NCBI GenBank assembly: GCA_965645245.1
Contig: OZ287073.1
Location: forward strand, 806,001 to 870,000
DNA length: 64,000 nucleotides
DNA from: Massalongia carnosa
Taxonomy: Eukaryota
Direction: 5' to 3'
A model generated the notes under the pieces. That model did not search any database. It was not told the DNA's origin and saw only the letters and a list, made by a program, of their open reading frames with translations. A program made the position numbers and the translations under genes. Positions 1 through 12,562 of the stretch are shown here, piece by piece (positions within the stretch are counted from its first letter, which is position 1; every line of letters begins with the position of its first letter).

Positions 1-2247
1 CGGGTTGGGAGCACCCGTTGCCGTTTCCTGCAGTTGTGGATGTAGTAAATGATGCTGCTGATTCTGCTGATACAGAAGCTGGGGCTGGATTTGTGCTTGT
101 TTTTGACGCATGTGGGGCAACAGATCACTCGTGTTTTGGTTCAAACTCTGACCACCATGATCTATGACTGAAATTGCAAGCGGCGGAAGTGTATTGCTGA
201 AACCTAGCATATTCCCGCTGGCAGGAGGAGAAGTAACCCGGGAACTTGGATGTGACATGAAAAATTGCTGCTGTGGTGACCAGGATCCGAGAAGTGGAGA
301 CTGAGCTGGCGGGAATTGGTACGGAGGCGGTAGCCCCTTTTCCATATGGGGTATAGCCACAGAATATCTCGACAAATGTGAAGTTCCTGGCTTCACTTGT
401 TGATGAACTGCGTTGGGAATGACCGAAGCATGAGTTCCAAGAACCGTGGAGCCTGGGAACTGTCCTGAGTATGGATTCAAATGTTGCGAGCTATGCGTGT
501 TTGCCATTGAACATGTAGCAAGCCGTGGCGAGATTGGGAATGCCGAACTTTGTGAAGAAGCATGTCTGCTCATGAGAGAAAGAGAAGGAGAATGCCGTAC
601 AGAAGTGTCCTCCCCCCCCACACTAACCCCCAAAGCACGTAGCTTGTCTTCTTTCAGCATGTTGACATAATTTTCCCATTCCCGCCGATCTGGTATGCTA
701 ACTCGAAGACATTTGTTCTTTGGCTCCTTTCGTTCGTCTTCTGGATTTGGATAGATTGCGCAACTCTGTCCCTCGGCGGAACGATGTACGGAAACATCAT
801 CCGTAGAGGAGAGGCTGAAACCCTTGGTGTTATAGCCTTGGCTTTTCCACATTTCAAGTCGATCCTCGACGTCCTGACGCTTTAAATAGTCTCTTGCAGC
901 CCCTTCGTTTTGACTGTCATCATCCAATGGAAGGGCAATGATGCAAGCTTTGCCGCGCCAAACAATACGCTTCCGCGCCCTTTGAAACGAAGATTGAGCT
1001 ACTGGGGAAGGCCGGGATGAATTCAATGATACATCCACAGGACTAACAGCGTTGTTCGTGATTGGTGCCTCCGAAGCTGTGCGATCAAACGGCGGTGGTA
1101 TAGGAGGGAGCGGTTTTTCTATTAGCCGCGCCATGACGCTTGACGTTGCATCTTTAGTTTTGGTATGTTCTCCTGGCATCAACCCAAGCGATCCGGTGTC
1201 TCCGACTGATTGATCCCCCAAAAACTCCAAAAGGTCTTGACTCATTTCTGAGCCGTTGCGTTGCTGAACTTTAACTCGAGCTGGATTCTTATCGTATATT
1301 AGGAGTTTCCCTGCTTTGCGTCTTTCGATCCTTTCAATTCTTCTGTCTGGCGTGACCGTCGAAATCCCTACTTTCGGACTTATACCACTGAAATGCAACC
1401 AAGCGCTGTCCGAGTAGGGGCTGGCTTCGCGTGCGGAGCGACCAGGTGAAGGGTCTTCACTCTTTTCAGATTCGTCACTCCACCAATTGCCCCTTTCGGT
1501 ATTCGTAAAATCCACTAGATTGGTGTTAAGCCAATCTGCTGTGAATTCGTGTCTTGAATACCGTTGTCCAAGAGGCGATGCTATTCCAACGACAGATTTT
1601 CTTTGCCGGCTAAGTAATCCAAAATGGTTTTTTTTTCTCCCTCCAGAACTAGCCTCCCGTTCCTGTAGTGAAATTAGGCCTTCTGAACTGCAATTTCTAA
1701 CACGGCTTGATGGAGACCCGTCCGCAGTGGTTATGCTAAGGGTTCGCTGGCGACGTCCCTTGCCCGAAAGAAAGTCAGGACTTGGGGGGGAGCCCCACAC
1801 CGCCGTATAATATGTACTACTATCTGACCTATGATGTAGTGGTGAAGAGAGTAATATGTGCGGGTAATTCAACGAGCCAGGAAATTCTGGACGCGAGGAT
1901 GGATGAGGTAACGGAAAGGCGAAGACTTGACTTGGCGAAGGAGCAGTCCAGACGCTAGACGATCTCGAATGCGCATTCGAGCTGGCTTCAGCACCTCTCC
2001 ATGGCCACCCGGTGTTTGAACGGTCGGGGGGTCCTTTGGGAGGTGAAATGGCTGCCAACCCAGCGGGATGATTGGAGGCTGGAGGAATCAGAAGTTAGCT
2101 TTCAAAATTCCTCCGTGAAGACTTGGTCATTTGCTATACCTTCCACTTCGAGGAATTTAGGAGAATCGCCGGCTGTACTTCTCACTCGTTAAACTCACGC
2201 CCGGCTACGCAACGTCCTCTCAGATCCTCCTCATCCCAGTAGCGCAT
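1..2247 (-). CDS. Large Ser/Pro-rich hypothetical protein, 5' part (runs off window start)
   Basis: ATG at 2247, exon 2199-2247, intron 2079-2198 (GTGAGT..GCTAAC..CAG), then a reading frame that continues toward position 1 (spot-checked: MRYWDEEDLRGRC...YYTAVWGSP...RIVWRGKACIIALP...RVSIPDRREWENYVNMLKEDKLRALGVS). Probably missing from the ORF track because no stop lies in the window. Confidence 0.75.
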
Positions 2248-2886
2248 ATGCAGGTTGACGACAGCTCAGATTGATTAGATTATTTTGAAAAATGAATAAG
2301 TTAAGAAAGTGCGAATTGAAAATTTGAAGACGAAGGAGAGCAAATGGATATCAACATGCTGCTTGAAGATTGTCGTTCACAATAGATAGAGATGATATAG
2401 TAAACATGACGCGAAGCTTGAAGAAACCAAACAGGGATGAAAATTAGTGTTATGTAGTCTTTGATTACATAAGCTTTTCTGTTGAAACAACGCGCAAAAC
2501 ATCAGCCTCATCTGTTATAAACTATTCATTCACGACAGATGTTCAGCTCTGATCTCGTATCGATGACCATCATCCTTTCATTTTCAGAATGATACTGGCA
2601 TTAATGAGTTCCAGAAATATATATGATGAGAGTATATTATTAATGATGCTAATTGCCCTTCTAATGATAGCTGTTGGCAGAGGATCATTACTAGTAGACA
2701 CTATCATTGCCTTCCTGTAACAGAAACGATAGCCTTGAGACAACCATAAAGGTCAAAACAATCGAAAGAAAGGTAGAGAGACAATAACACCTAGACCCAA
2801 TGCATCAAACAGGGTTCTATCCCGGCATACCCCCCTAAGTCAACGCGAAACCTCTCACATAGCATCAAGGTGAGCAGGCAAACAAA

Positions 2887-4023
2887 TCAGCAAGTCAGGG
2901 AGAACTTGGCCTTTCGTTCGGCGGTATAAAAACCCCAATGGGTTTCATCTCCAGAGGAACCGGTATCTCCAATGCTCTTGGGTTTCCATGGTTCATCAAA
3001 GGCTTCAAAAGCAAACACATTGAATCCCCACGCAATTGCAGCACAAATACCTTCCTTATAAAATGTCTTGGCGTTGTCGGTCCCGGCAATTGCAGACCCA
3101 TAATTCGAACCACCTATCATCAACGTAAGTAAAAGACGTTGAAGAGAAGATCGAACGATTAACCTGTCGTGGGCCATCCAGTCTCTCCGTTCCAGATCTC
3201 GACAGCATCAACTGATCCGGAAACGTCTTGGATGTGGGTAAAGGCTTGCATCAGATCATCCAGATATGTCGCCGTAGCATTTCCAATTTCCTGGCCTTGC
3301 CAATATCCAAACGCGTTCACAAGCCTTCAAGATATTAGCACGTGGTCATGAAAAGAAAGCCATCAATAGCCGGCTTACAATAGCTTAACACCATCCTTGA
3401 TAACAGCATCGGCGGTACCGTCGGCAAATTTGTTCCAGCTATCTGCTGTTCCAATTTTTATATTAGGAAATGTGCTTTGCATATCCTGGATCTTCTTCGA
3501 TAGCTGCGACCCGGTCATGTCGCCTCGATACATCGCTTCTGAAGCAACGGTGATGGCATACACAGCATTGGCGTTCGCCGGAATAGCCTGTTGGAGGGCA
3601 ATCTTGTCTGCTGCGTACGCTTCGTCTGTGTGCCTAGCGATAATCCATCAATTATTTGCAATACTCCCTAGATGAACAGATGCATTCGAGCTATCAAGTG
3701 TCACCACATACCACGTGCCCAATATCACCTTGACACCCTTGCTCGCGGCAGCGGGAAGGATTTGTTCGGCAGTATTGCACTCATGTGAGGAATATGTCCG
3801 AACGATAGTCGTGCCTAGAGCATCGAAGTCTGCCTCGTAATCGACCGTGAACTTACAGCTGCCATCTAAGCAAGGCGTTTAGCAAATGAACATTTCCATC
3901 AAAAACTTTCAATAAACATTCACCTGGCTTCTTGGAACCAAGAGCAAACCCCAGAGTGCCCGCTGCAGAAACCGCTAACGGTGCCGCTGCAGCGGCGATG
4001 AAAACGATGCTTGCGAAACGCAT
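2887..4023 (-). CDS. Glycoside hydrolase family 17 beta-1,3-glucanase/glucanosyltransferase (Bgl2/Bgt1-like), secreted
   Basis: Signal peptide MRFASIVFIAAAAAPLAVSA; motifs ITVASEAMYRGD, IGTADSWNK, ETGWP, FEAFDEPWK, ETHWG; several canonical introns. Confidence 0.92.
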
Positions 4024-4394
4024 GATGGGTGAGGATATGTATATGTGTGTCTTGTGGAGTTAAGAATAAAGCTAGTGGGGTAAAGAGTGATGTTCCTTTA
4101 AAAAAAGGAACAGGAGTAGCAGAAACGCAAATGTTTATAAAACGTTGTTAACGAAAGAAACCATGAAGTCACGCGGAAGTGCCTTCCTAAGAATGGTATT
4201 TTAACAATGAATGAATGACTAGTAGCAATTATGTAGACGGAAAGAGTGCAGGTCGGTCTGGTCTGGTCTGGTGTGGTGTGGCCGCGAAAATCAGGAAGTC
4301 GGTTGTTTTGATGCAGGTACGAGGGATTTTCCCGAGATGTGGAGCCAGGGGAGTGCGTCAAAAGGGGGAAGGTAATCTACTACCCCCGGTCGTA

Positions 4395-4794
4395 TCTTGA
4401 AAACATGCAAGGGCACCAAGGCAGGGGTAAGTTGACCAATCAAATTAGTAGAATGTTGATTATTAATATCTGGTAGGACTACCTTCAGCTTCAATAACGG
4501 CTCTTCCACCAGCTAATTGCGTGCGTACAGTATTTGACCTCGTGTTACATTCAATTTTTTCTGGATATCTTTGTAGGGGATATTGAATAAAAGAGCTGTT
4601 TTAATAGCTACACGATCGTCTCGAGTAGTTGAAGGATTAAACTCCTTCGTAGATGACTCCATACTTTGCTCGCTAAAGAGTATGAATTTTCAGATATATG
4701 ATTCTTTGGGCCTAGATTCGAGAATATTCCAGTTCGATGAGTCAACTTAGTTACCCCTGCCTTGGTCCTCTTGCAAAAAACCCATGTTTTCGGA
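4395..4794. mobile_element. Degenerate MITE-like element
   Basis: Imperfect ~45-55 bp inverted termini (GAAAACATG...CAAG(GG/AG)(C/G)ACCAAGGCAGGGGTAA...GTTGAC on both strands) with TA on both outer sides. Confidence 0.5.
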
Positions 4795-5398
4795 TAGTAA
4801 TACAAATAATGCGGAGAGGACTGTCGTTGCGGACAGGACCAAACTTCATTCGCTTCGATATACACGATTGGTTTGATTACGCGTTGATATTTCATTTTCT
4901 ATTTTGTCATTTACTTTGTCATTAGCTTCGTCTATTATCACGAATTGATAACTGTTTAACAGATAATTTGAAGATAACATAAATGAGAGTCAAAAAATAA
5001 TATGAGTAGCGGTTATAAGGTAGCCTGGATAATAGCCAAAAGATGATCTGGATAGTGCACAAAAGGTAGTGGACAAAAGATGACAAAGAGTCGTCCCGAA
5101 GCGTAACGGAGCAGGTCCCGAGCAGAAATTAGATCTTTCGGAGATGCATACTACTGTCGTCTCTACCACTTCAGCTCCAAAGTGGTAGTGAGAGGATTAA
5201 AGTTGTTTTTTGACTTTCCGCCTCACTATAGTGGCGAAAAAACCCATTTTTCCTTACGACACGGGAAGGTGCATCGGGGTTTAAATGTATGAGTTACAGA
5301 TACTTATATTTGAAATCCGTTTTCTATCTCGTCCGTTCTTCTTTTGAACAAACTAGATACAAGATACTCTTGTTTTCATACTTGTTTTCTTTCGCATC

Positions 5399-6158
5399 AT
5401 GGTTTTGCTTTCTTGCCTTATAATTTTGTTTGGTTTCGAGATTTTTGGAATTCATTTAGTTTATGCGTTATTAATTGCCAAGGACGTAAGCACAAACGAC
5501 ATCGATTTCGAAATCTCCGATGTGGATAATTCGGCCGATACTTTTTTAGCCTCGTCTTTTCCTTATGACAGTATTTCTGCAACTTCAGGCGCAGATCGAA
5601 TATTCACTCAAGAAAAAGTTTCTACGAGTTCAGATGCTCAAAATCTGGATCTTTCAAGTCAAGGCATCGCATCTGGTTCGTTGACTACAGAATACATCAA
5701 ACCAGATTTAATAATCACCTCAAAACAATGCTCCGTGTTATCAGGCAGGAGTCAATGGGTTAAAAGAGCCAGAAAGGGGGTATGCGAATGTATGTCGCCG
5801 TCTGAGCTCTGTCCTGATGATCATGGTACACCTGTTTGTTGCTACGTCAATAATCTTAAACCCGATCCTATTTTGAGAGTCATTGATGCATGTGTTCAAT
5901 GTAAGTTATCTGCGTTTCGTATCATTTTTTGCAAACTCGCTGATTTGATCATTGATAGACACTCTGGCCAGCTTTAGCTGTTATCTTGACGTGTGCAACA
6001 ATCCAAAATGGGTATTTTGCTGTCGAGCTTTCAATATATACCCAAAACAGAGTGGAGTGGTAAGTCTTTCTATCATTTGTAGAAATGAATTAACTCTGAA
6101 TTTGTTTTAGGTAGGTTTGGGAAGTGGAAGAATGTGCATACGCACCAATCTTGACTAG
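5399..6158 (+). CDS. Secreted cysteine-rich protein with hydrophobin-like Cys spacing
   Basis: Hydrophobic N-terminus; exons 5399-5900, 5959-6059, 6111-6158 (GTAAGT donors, TAG acceptors) join in frame; C-terminal C-x8-CC-x16-C-x9-C-x4-C-x7-CC-x20-C. Confidence 0.7.
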
Positions 6159-6613
6159 TGACATCAAGTCATTAGCGAATGGGGTTATTTGCTGGGGAGA
6201 GCATGAAGCTCCACATCATGACCAGACTGGCAAATCTGGAAATACATACATTTCTGATGAACGGGGTACATAGGTACCTATGGAGTGAAACGAAACAACG
6301 GGCAAGCGGCAGATCTAGAAAATATGCAGTCATCCGATCCTCATTTTTTTCAGATCAGATTTTTGTTGCAACTACATAGTTACGCTTTATATCGGGTGAA
6401 CACTGGACAAAAACGAATCTGATGATGTAGGGTATTCCTGAGACACGATATCATCTCACTGCTGTAACCACCATCGTCTCATGATGTTGACGAAGCAAAG
6501 AATGCCAGTTGCTTGTCAACTGCGCTAAAGCTGCACAAGAACCGCCCGCCAAACCGTGCCACGAGGACCGATGCTCCAACTCCTAAATGCGCTGTAATAT
6601 GCTGGAAACCTAT

Positions 6614-6663
6614 CCATTGCGGCGAAGTGAACCATGTTCCATTGCGGCGAAGTGAACCATGTT
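6614..6663. repeat. Tandem duplication, 25 bp x2
   Basis: CCATTGCGGCGAAGTGAACCATGTT twice, downstream of the E2 stop codon. Confidence 0.8.
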
Positions 6664-6696
6664 CGCATTATGCATTAGTTGTCCGTTGTGAATCCC

Positions 6697-8093
6697 TTAC
6701 AGCCTTCGTAACCCGATCTTCGGTCTGGTAGATTTACCGCTCGTAGACGGGACAGAACTCAGCTTCGGAGCCCCAGCAAATGAGCTCGCCCCTCCTAGTG
6801 CTCCAAGGACGGGTGCGGATCGTATGGCTGGAAGCGTTGGCTTTTCCACTTCTGACCTCTCCATGATATTCTCCTTTCCTTCCCAAGAACACTGCCGCTT
6901 CGCAACAGGGGTATCCTCAGTCTCGTCCTCCTTGATGTCAAAGGACACGATAGCTAATCCAATTCCACCGACATCCTGAAGTCCTCGGCTGGTGAAAGTA
7001 ACGCATCGGCTTCTCTCAGCAAGCTTCAAAGTTTGACGCGAATACTCTGTAGTGGGGGCAAAGGGGCTGGAGAAGTGAGGCGTGTTGTTGACGATGTTGC
7101 GCTCCGAAGGACTGAGCCCCGAGGGATCATCATCATCAAAATCAGGGTCCGTAGGCGTCGGGAGGTCAGATAATGGGCGTTTGGGTAAAGAAGGCCTTCT
7201 GGGACTTGGTGCTATGACAAGCGATGGAGATTGGGAGGGGTCATTTTCTTTGGACTCAGACGCTTCGTCTTCCAAATCCTCGTCCATGCTCTTGTTCGTC
7301 ACGGTAAGATGATTTTCCGATCTTGCTATAGATCGTAGAGCGATATTCGGGCGCCTTTTCATCACTACGCTTGAAGAACTGGTTTTCGGTTTCATCGACG
7401 GTCTTTGGTCTGTTTCCTCTTTTATGGTTGTACCCGGTGCTTCACCTCGTCGCTTTGCTGCTAGGACCGCATCTTTCAAGTTTGGGGGGACGGTCGCATG
7501 AATAGAGGTCATGAGCCTAGCTTGACGAGCGAAAGTCTCGTAATCGTCCTGTAGAAGGTGGCCAGCCGCAGCATTGAGGGCAGAATCGGGATTCGGCTGG
7601 ATCAGGAGGCAAGATATTGTCTGATCAGTCCTTGTATCAGTATAGAAGGCAAATATCCATAACATTCCGATCAATTGCTCACAATCAGAACATCACGCAA
7701 CGTCAACTTCGGATCCCAATCTCTCTTCAAGGTATCCACGCAAACGCTTCCAGTCGTCTCTTCAACATTAGGATGCCAAATTCTAGTACGAAATGCTGCT
7801 TTGGGAGGGCTTTTTGGATAGTCTTCCGGAATCTTCAAAAAAAGCTTCCAGAGCCCTTGCGAATACGGCGTGCCAAGCGGACCAGTGAGAAGAATGGTGA
7901 GCTGCGTTAAATCATCGGGAATCGAAGAAGTATTGGCAGGAAAGAGATAATGCGGGGGGAGCTCGGCCTTGTGAAGCGAGGCATGATCTGATGCCAGCCT
8001 GCGTAATGTCGAGGAATTCTGTTGATCGCAATTGTCAGCCATGTGGTGGAAAGTCGTTGAAGGTCTAGGACCATATTCTGCTTTGCTTACCAT
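6697..8093 (-). CDS. Ubiquitin-conjugating enzyme E2 (UBE2S-like) with long disordered C-terminus
   Basis: UBC motifs [23 protein letters not shown]...[20 protein letters not shown]; exon 1 is the ATG alone (8091-8093); introns 8019-8090 and 7621-7682. Confidence 0.92.
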
Positions 8094-9106
8094 GATCGCA
8101 AGGGCGGTGGAGTTGGGAAGTAGAATTGATATGGAGAAGTCTGAATGCAGAAAGCTCAGCGGAGACAAAGAAGAGGAAGCTGAAGAGATGTAGAGGTGTC
8201 GACAATAGCATCTAACGCAGAGAGCTTGAGCATGTTTAAGTACCTAGAGGTGAATATCAAAACAATGTCAAATGCACGTCCGTTTAGTTTTCAAGCTAGA
8301 GCGGATATGGAAAATGTCAACAACACGTCTGGCTTTGGGGCAACGGGGGAAAGTTTGATTGCGCGACTCTTGATTGGTCGTCATCACTTCTATCACTTCT
8401 CGCGTAATTGCACGGATGTTGTCTTTTGAGCGTGACTTGACAAGAACATCGACTTCGTGTTTCTGTTTGTTATTGCATTATTTGTTTTCACCTCTTGCGC
8501 ACGGATGGATTTCTCACGTCTCACCGTGTCTTTGTCTGCTTCACCCTTCGTTCGTTCCCCCTTACATACACAACACAAAGACTGTGGATACTAGTTACAG
8601 GATCTTGGGCACGATAAAGAGGCCAGCAGATCATGCTAGAGAACGATGGATACCTACTGTCTTATCGAACATCGTAAGATAAGCATTTACAAGCAGCACT
8701 TTGATGTTCGAGATTTCAATCTTCATCCACAAGTTTTAATCATCATACAAGAGTTTTCATTTGCATTTGGATAAATGGGATCTTCATCTACCTTCCAGCT
8801 CTCTTGTTTCGACGGGTATTCATGTAGTTCTGCTGTTCAAACAAGCAAACGGGAAAACGGGGGAAACAGGTCAGCATGAATTTCGTTTTGAAATCCTATT
8901 AAATCAATAATTTTCCTATTCCTACCCATTTCCACTCTTGGATACACACTTCACACCTGGTTCGACTCTTGATAAATTCCTCTGTACGCAGTTGTTGTTT
9001 ATAGAACTTCGACCATTTGCTCCAAATCACCGTTTTTCTCAATCCATATGGCAAATAAGACATACGTCCCGCAAGTGACTAGTTTGCTTGAAAAGGCGTT
9101 AAAGGG

Positions 9107-9396
9107 GATATCATGAGGATACCACTGATGTCCCGAGCTGATTTTTTGTCAGCCGTGTCAGTTTACGTTCTGACACCTCATGTACGTTTCAGCACAACCT
9201 CGGCTTTGGTAAACCGAGAAAGGGGCATACCGAGGTTGCGCAATCCGACCAGTATGTAATATTCATCTTCTGGTGTCAGAACGTAAACTGACACGGCTGA
9301 CAAAAAATCAGCTCGGGACATCAGTGGTGTCAGAACGTAAACTGACACGGCTGACAAAAAATCAGCTCGGGACATCAGTGGTATCCTCATGATATC
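9107..9396. mobile_element. Mutator-like MITE (~70-bp TIRs, degenerate 10-bp TSD) with a 54-bp tandem duplication in one arm
   Basis: 9107-9177 is the reverse complement of 9326-9396; the 54-mer is duplicated at 9272-9325/9326-9379; flanks CGTTAAAGGG / TATTAAAGAG differ only by transitions; termini G...C. Confidence 0.7.
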
Positions 9397-10119
9397 TATT
9401 AAAGAGTATTCCTGAGCGTGATTGGGTTGCATTGATAAAAGCGGGTCGGCCAATCTGACGCCCAATCTTTAGTGTAGGCTCCCGCGATGATTCATAACTA
9501 GGCTTGGCGAACACGGCCTACGACGACTTTTCCCAGCATACGACTCGCCAACTAGCTACAACGCTTCTCAGCCGAGTGTCTTGGCATCAAGAACTCGCAT
9601 CTAGGTATTCATCTTTCGTGGGTTTTTTGAATGCGTCTTCAACCGTTCTGAGTTCAGCTGTTAGTAAACAAGAGGATTCGAAATCGTACCAAGAAGAGCA
9701 GATTGAACATCGAGGAGCCGAACGAGGAATCGGCGCGACTGGACCAGCTTCAAGTGAATTTTCAATTGAGATGCTGCCGCCTGGCAGGCCCTCGGATGAA
9801 AAGACAGGAGACGGGACTGTGACCCTGTATTTCCTCGGCTGCTAGCGAGGAATGCCGTCGTAACGGCTTCATACCGCCTCGCAATGGCTATTCCATACTA
9901 ACTTGAGGGGTCGACATAGGCAGACGTGTAGTTGCTTGGTCCAAGGAGGGCTGAGGCCATTGACAGCATCTATTAAATGCAAGTCAACATCTACCTTTTT
10001 CCCTGCTTCTCTCATCGCACTCATCGTTTCTCATCCATCTCCACACCCAGGATTTAAAAGCCCCAACACTTTTTCAACATACTTTTACCTTCTTTCAAAC
10101 TCATCCTCGGCCATTCACG

Positions 10120-10613
10120 ATGCACTTCTCCTACTTATCTCTGGCGCTCTACGCCGTTCTCGCCGCGGCGGCGCCTGCAGAATTGCAAAAACGTGGCCTC
10201 ATTATCTTCAACACCCCTGTATTCAACGGAGAGACCTTGGTGCCCGGTACATTCTACAAGTCGCCGTTCGTATCTCCCGGTTTCTGGGCCGAAGGCCCCA
10301 ACACTCCAATCTGCTCCATCGACTGTCTCAATCCTGCTGGAAGCTCCGACTCCATCTGCAAGAAACCCGGCTGTGCGAGGAATGTAAGTCGTCTTCGCAG
10401 AGAACGTTCACTTACCTAGGGGTGCATGGTCACAGTAGAGGCTAATCAGCACGAACGCAGGCTGCTACTCCCAAGGTCGTCGGCATCAACCCCAATGCCG
10501 TCTATGTGAACAAAGACAGAGTCACTGGCCGTAGGGGCAACGAGTACAAGCTGTGTCCCACTGGCGTCTGCTTGGTCGCCACAGGCGCCACGGTAAACAC
10601 AAGTGTCCCTTAA
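10120..10613 (+). CDS. Small secreted Cys-containing protein (138 aa), candidate effector/peptide precursor
   Basis: Signal peptide MHFSYLSLALYAVLAAA, propeptide ending LQKR (Kex2-type site), intron 10384-10460 (GTAAGT..GCTAAT..CAG), 6 Cys, stop TAA at 10611-10613. Confidence 0.8.
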
Positions 10614-10987
10614 TAGAGCGAAGAATACCCGGAAGGAAATGCGAACGGATACTACGCTTTGTGCTCCGTACATGTATGTTGCAGAAATTTGATATTTCTC
10701 CTTGAATTGTAAAGAGCCCGAAATGTCGCACAAAGGGAAAGGGATAGCACAGTCGGTGGAACGGCAAATAAGCATCTGTCTTTTTTTGCAATGTTGGAAT
10801 CAGGGATGGAAGGATGGATGGACGAACCGGGGATCTCTCCGCTTCGTTCTTGCTATGTTCTAGGTATCCTGTTCTTAGTACTAGTACAGTTAAAAACAAA
10901 ACAAAAGACACGAATCACTCTTCTTATTCCCCCTGCCCCTTTCTTGAAAAATCTAGAAATCGCGTTGTCGGCGAACATATTACCCAG

Positions 10988-12304
10988 CACGCCCCTGAAA
11001 AAAAAACTGGCAACGTGTAGGCGACTTTACCCCATTAAAATTCCCCCCTTTTCATCAACCATCCACACCAACATGCCTCGTAAGCAACGTGAAACTCACT
11101 ACGATACTCCCATTCGAGCTAAACTTCAAGGAATTCATGAATATCTTCTTGATGAAGGCATCGTACATGATCCACGAAATCTTTTCAAGAAGTATGGCGT
11201 TTCGGAACGAGCTGGCTACAGAATTATTCGCAAAGGAGCTTCGACACGTACTCGTCATCATACAGAGCTTATAGAAACGCGAGGAAGACGATCAAAAATC
11301 ACAGGCGAGCAAGTACGAGAGGCTGATCGGCTGCTTCGGGAAGATGAGCTACAACTCGAAGGAAAATGCTTGACATGGGAACAAGTTGCGATGGAAGTTG
11401 GAGCAGATGTTGCGGGTCGTACAATGCATAACGTGCTACGTGCTGCATTGAATTAAGAGAAATGTCTAGCCTGCGTCAAAAGGATGGCTAGCCGACCCTC
11501 CTATGCAAAAACGGGTGGAATACGCTCATATAATGCTGGCCAAATATCCTAAACCAGAAGATTGGTATCGAGTACGATTTAGTGACGAAGTTCATTTCTC
11601 CTACGGGCCCGAGGGCAAATTACGCATCACACGTCAGCCAGGCACACCATATAGATGGGATTGTATACAACATCGTGATGCGCCAGCGGAGAAAGATCGA
11701 AAGAGACTGCATTGTTGGGCGGCTGTAGGCTACAACTTCAAGTCGGATATTATATTCTACGAAGTGCCGGGCAACAGCAATGGCAAGATGACGCATCAAG
11801 TATACATTAACTCAATACTTGAGCCCGTTGTCAAGCCGTGGCTAGAGCGAGGGGATGATTTTGTGCTCGAAGAAGATGGTGATTCCGGGCATGGCACAGG
11901 CAGGACGAGAAACGCAGTCAAGAAATAGAAGGAGGATCATCGTTTAGAGCATTATTTCAACTGCTCTTCTTCACCTGATTTGGCTCCTATTGAAAACAGC
12001 TGGCAGCCCTCAAAGCAGCATATTAAAAAGTATCCTCATTGGGACGAAGCGAGCTTAAAAGCATTGATTTGTGAGGGCTGGGCGACAGTCAGTCAGGAGT
12101 TTATTAATGAGAGAGTACGATCAATGCCTCAACGGCTAAAGGACGTCATCTCAGCTGAGGGGGCCATGACTGGTCATTAATTTGATGTAAATAGCTTTCA
12201 ATTGACTGGTTATCGCAATGTAAAGGTGAAATGTTGATAAAAAGGGGTAAAATTTAATGGGGTAAGCTCGCTTACACGTTGCCAGTTGTTTTTTCAGGGG
12301 CGTG
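10988..12304 (+). mobile_element. Tc1/IS630-like DNA transposon (defective), ~72-bp TIRs starting CACGC, 5-bp flanking direct repeat CCCAG
   Basis: TIRs CACGCCCCTGAAAAAA(A/C)AACTGGCAACGTGTA...; transposase 11072-12180 with [23 protein letters not shown] and SPDLAPIE, interrupted by stops and a frameshift; CCCAG at 10983-10987 and 12305-12309. Confidence 0.9.
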
Positions 12305-12321
12305 CCCAGGTAAGTATCTGG

Positions 12322-12562
12322 CACGCGGTGCGAAAAAAAGTTGACACACCAAAACTCGTCAGTACGCATAAAACTACACAACTATCAAAGCTTCAACATA
12401 ATATAGAAATCAACAACAGATGAACCAGTAAAACAGACTTGATAGAGTAATAGAGTTATGTGTTCAAGTTCACCTTAACTTTTTGAAATGTATAACTTAA
12501 CGATGTAGCCTATCATAATTATTTTATATTTTTGGTGTGTCAACTATTTTTCGCACCGCGTG
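12322..12562. mobile_element. MITE (241 bp) with CACGC termini and 5-bp TSD TCTGG
   Basis: 33-bp TIR CACGCGGTGCGAAAAA(A/T)AGTTGACACACCAAAA at both ends; TCTGG at 12317-12321 and 12563-12567; AT-rich non-coding interior. Confidence 0.88.

Noticed and set aside
9272..9379. CRISPR-like repeats (54-mer x2; also the 29-mer x3 at 36095-36181)
   Set aside because: Head-to-tail tandem copies without spacers, no cas genes, and eukaryotic context.
10988..12304. Classification as Transib because of CAC termini and 5-bp TSD
   Set aside because: The encoded protein carries Tc1/IS630-type motifs (FSDE, SPDL.PIE) and is ~370 aa; no RAG1-like motifs are seen.
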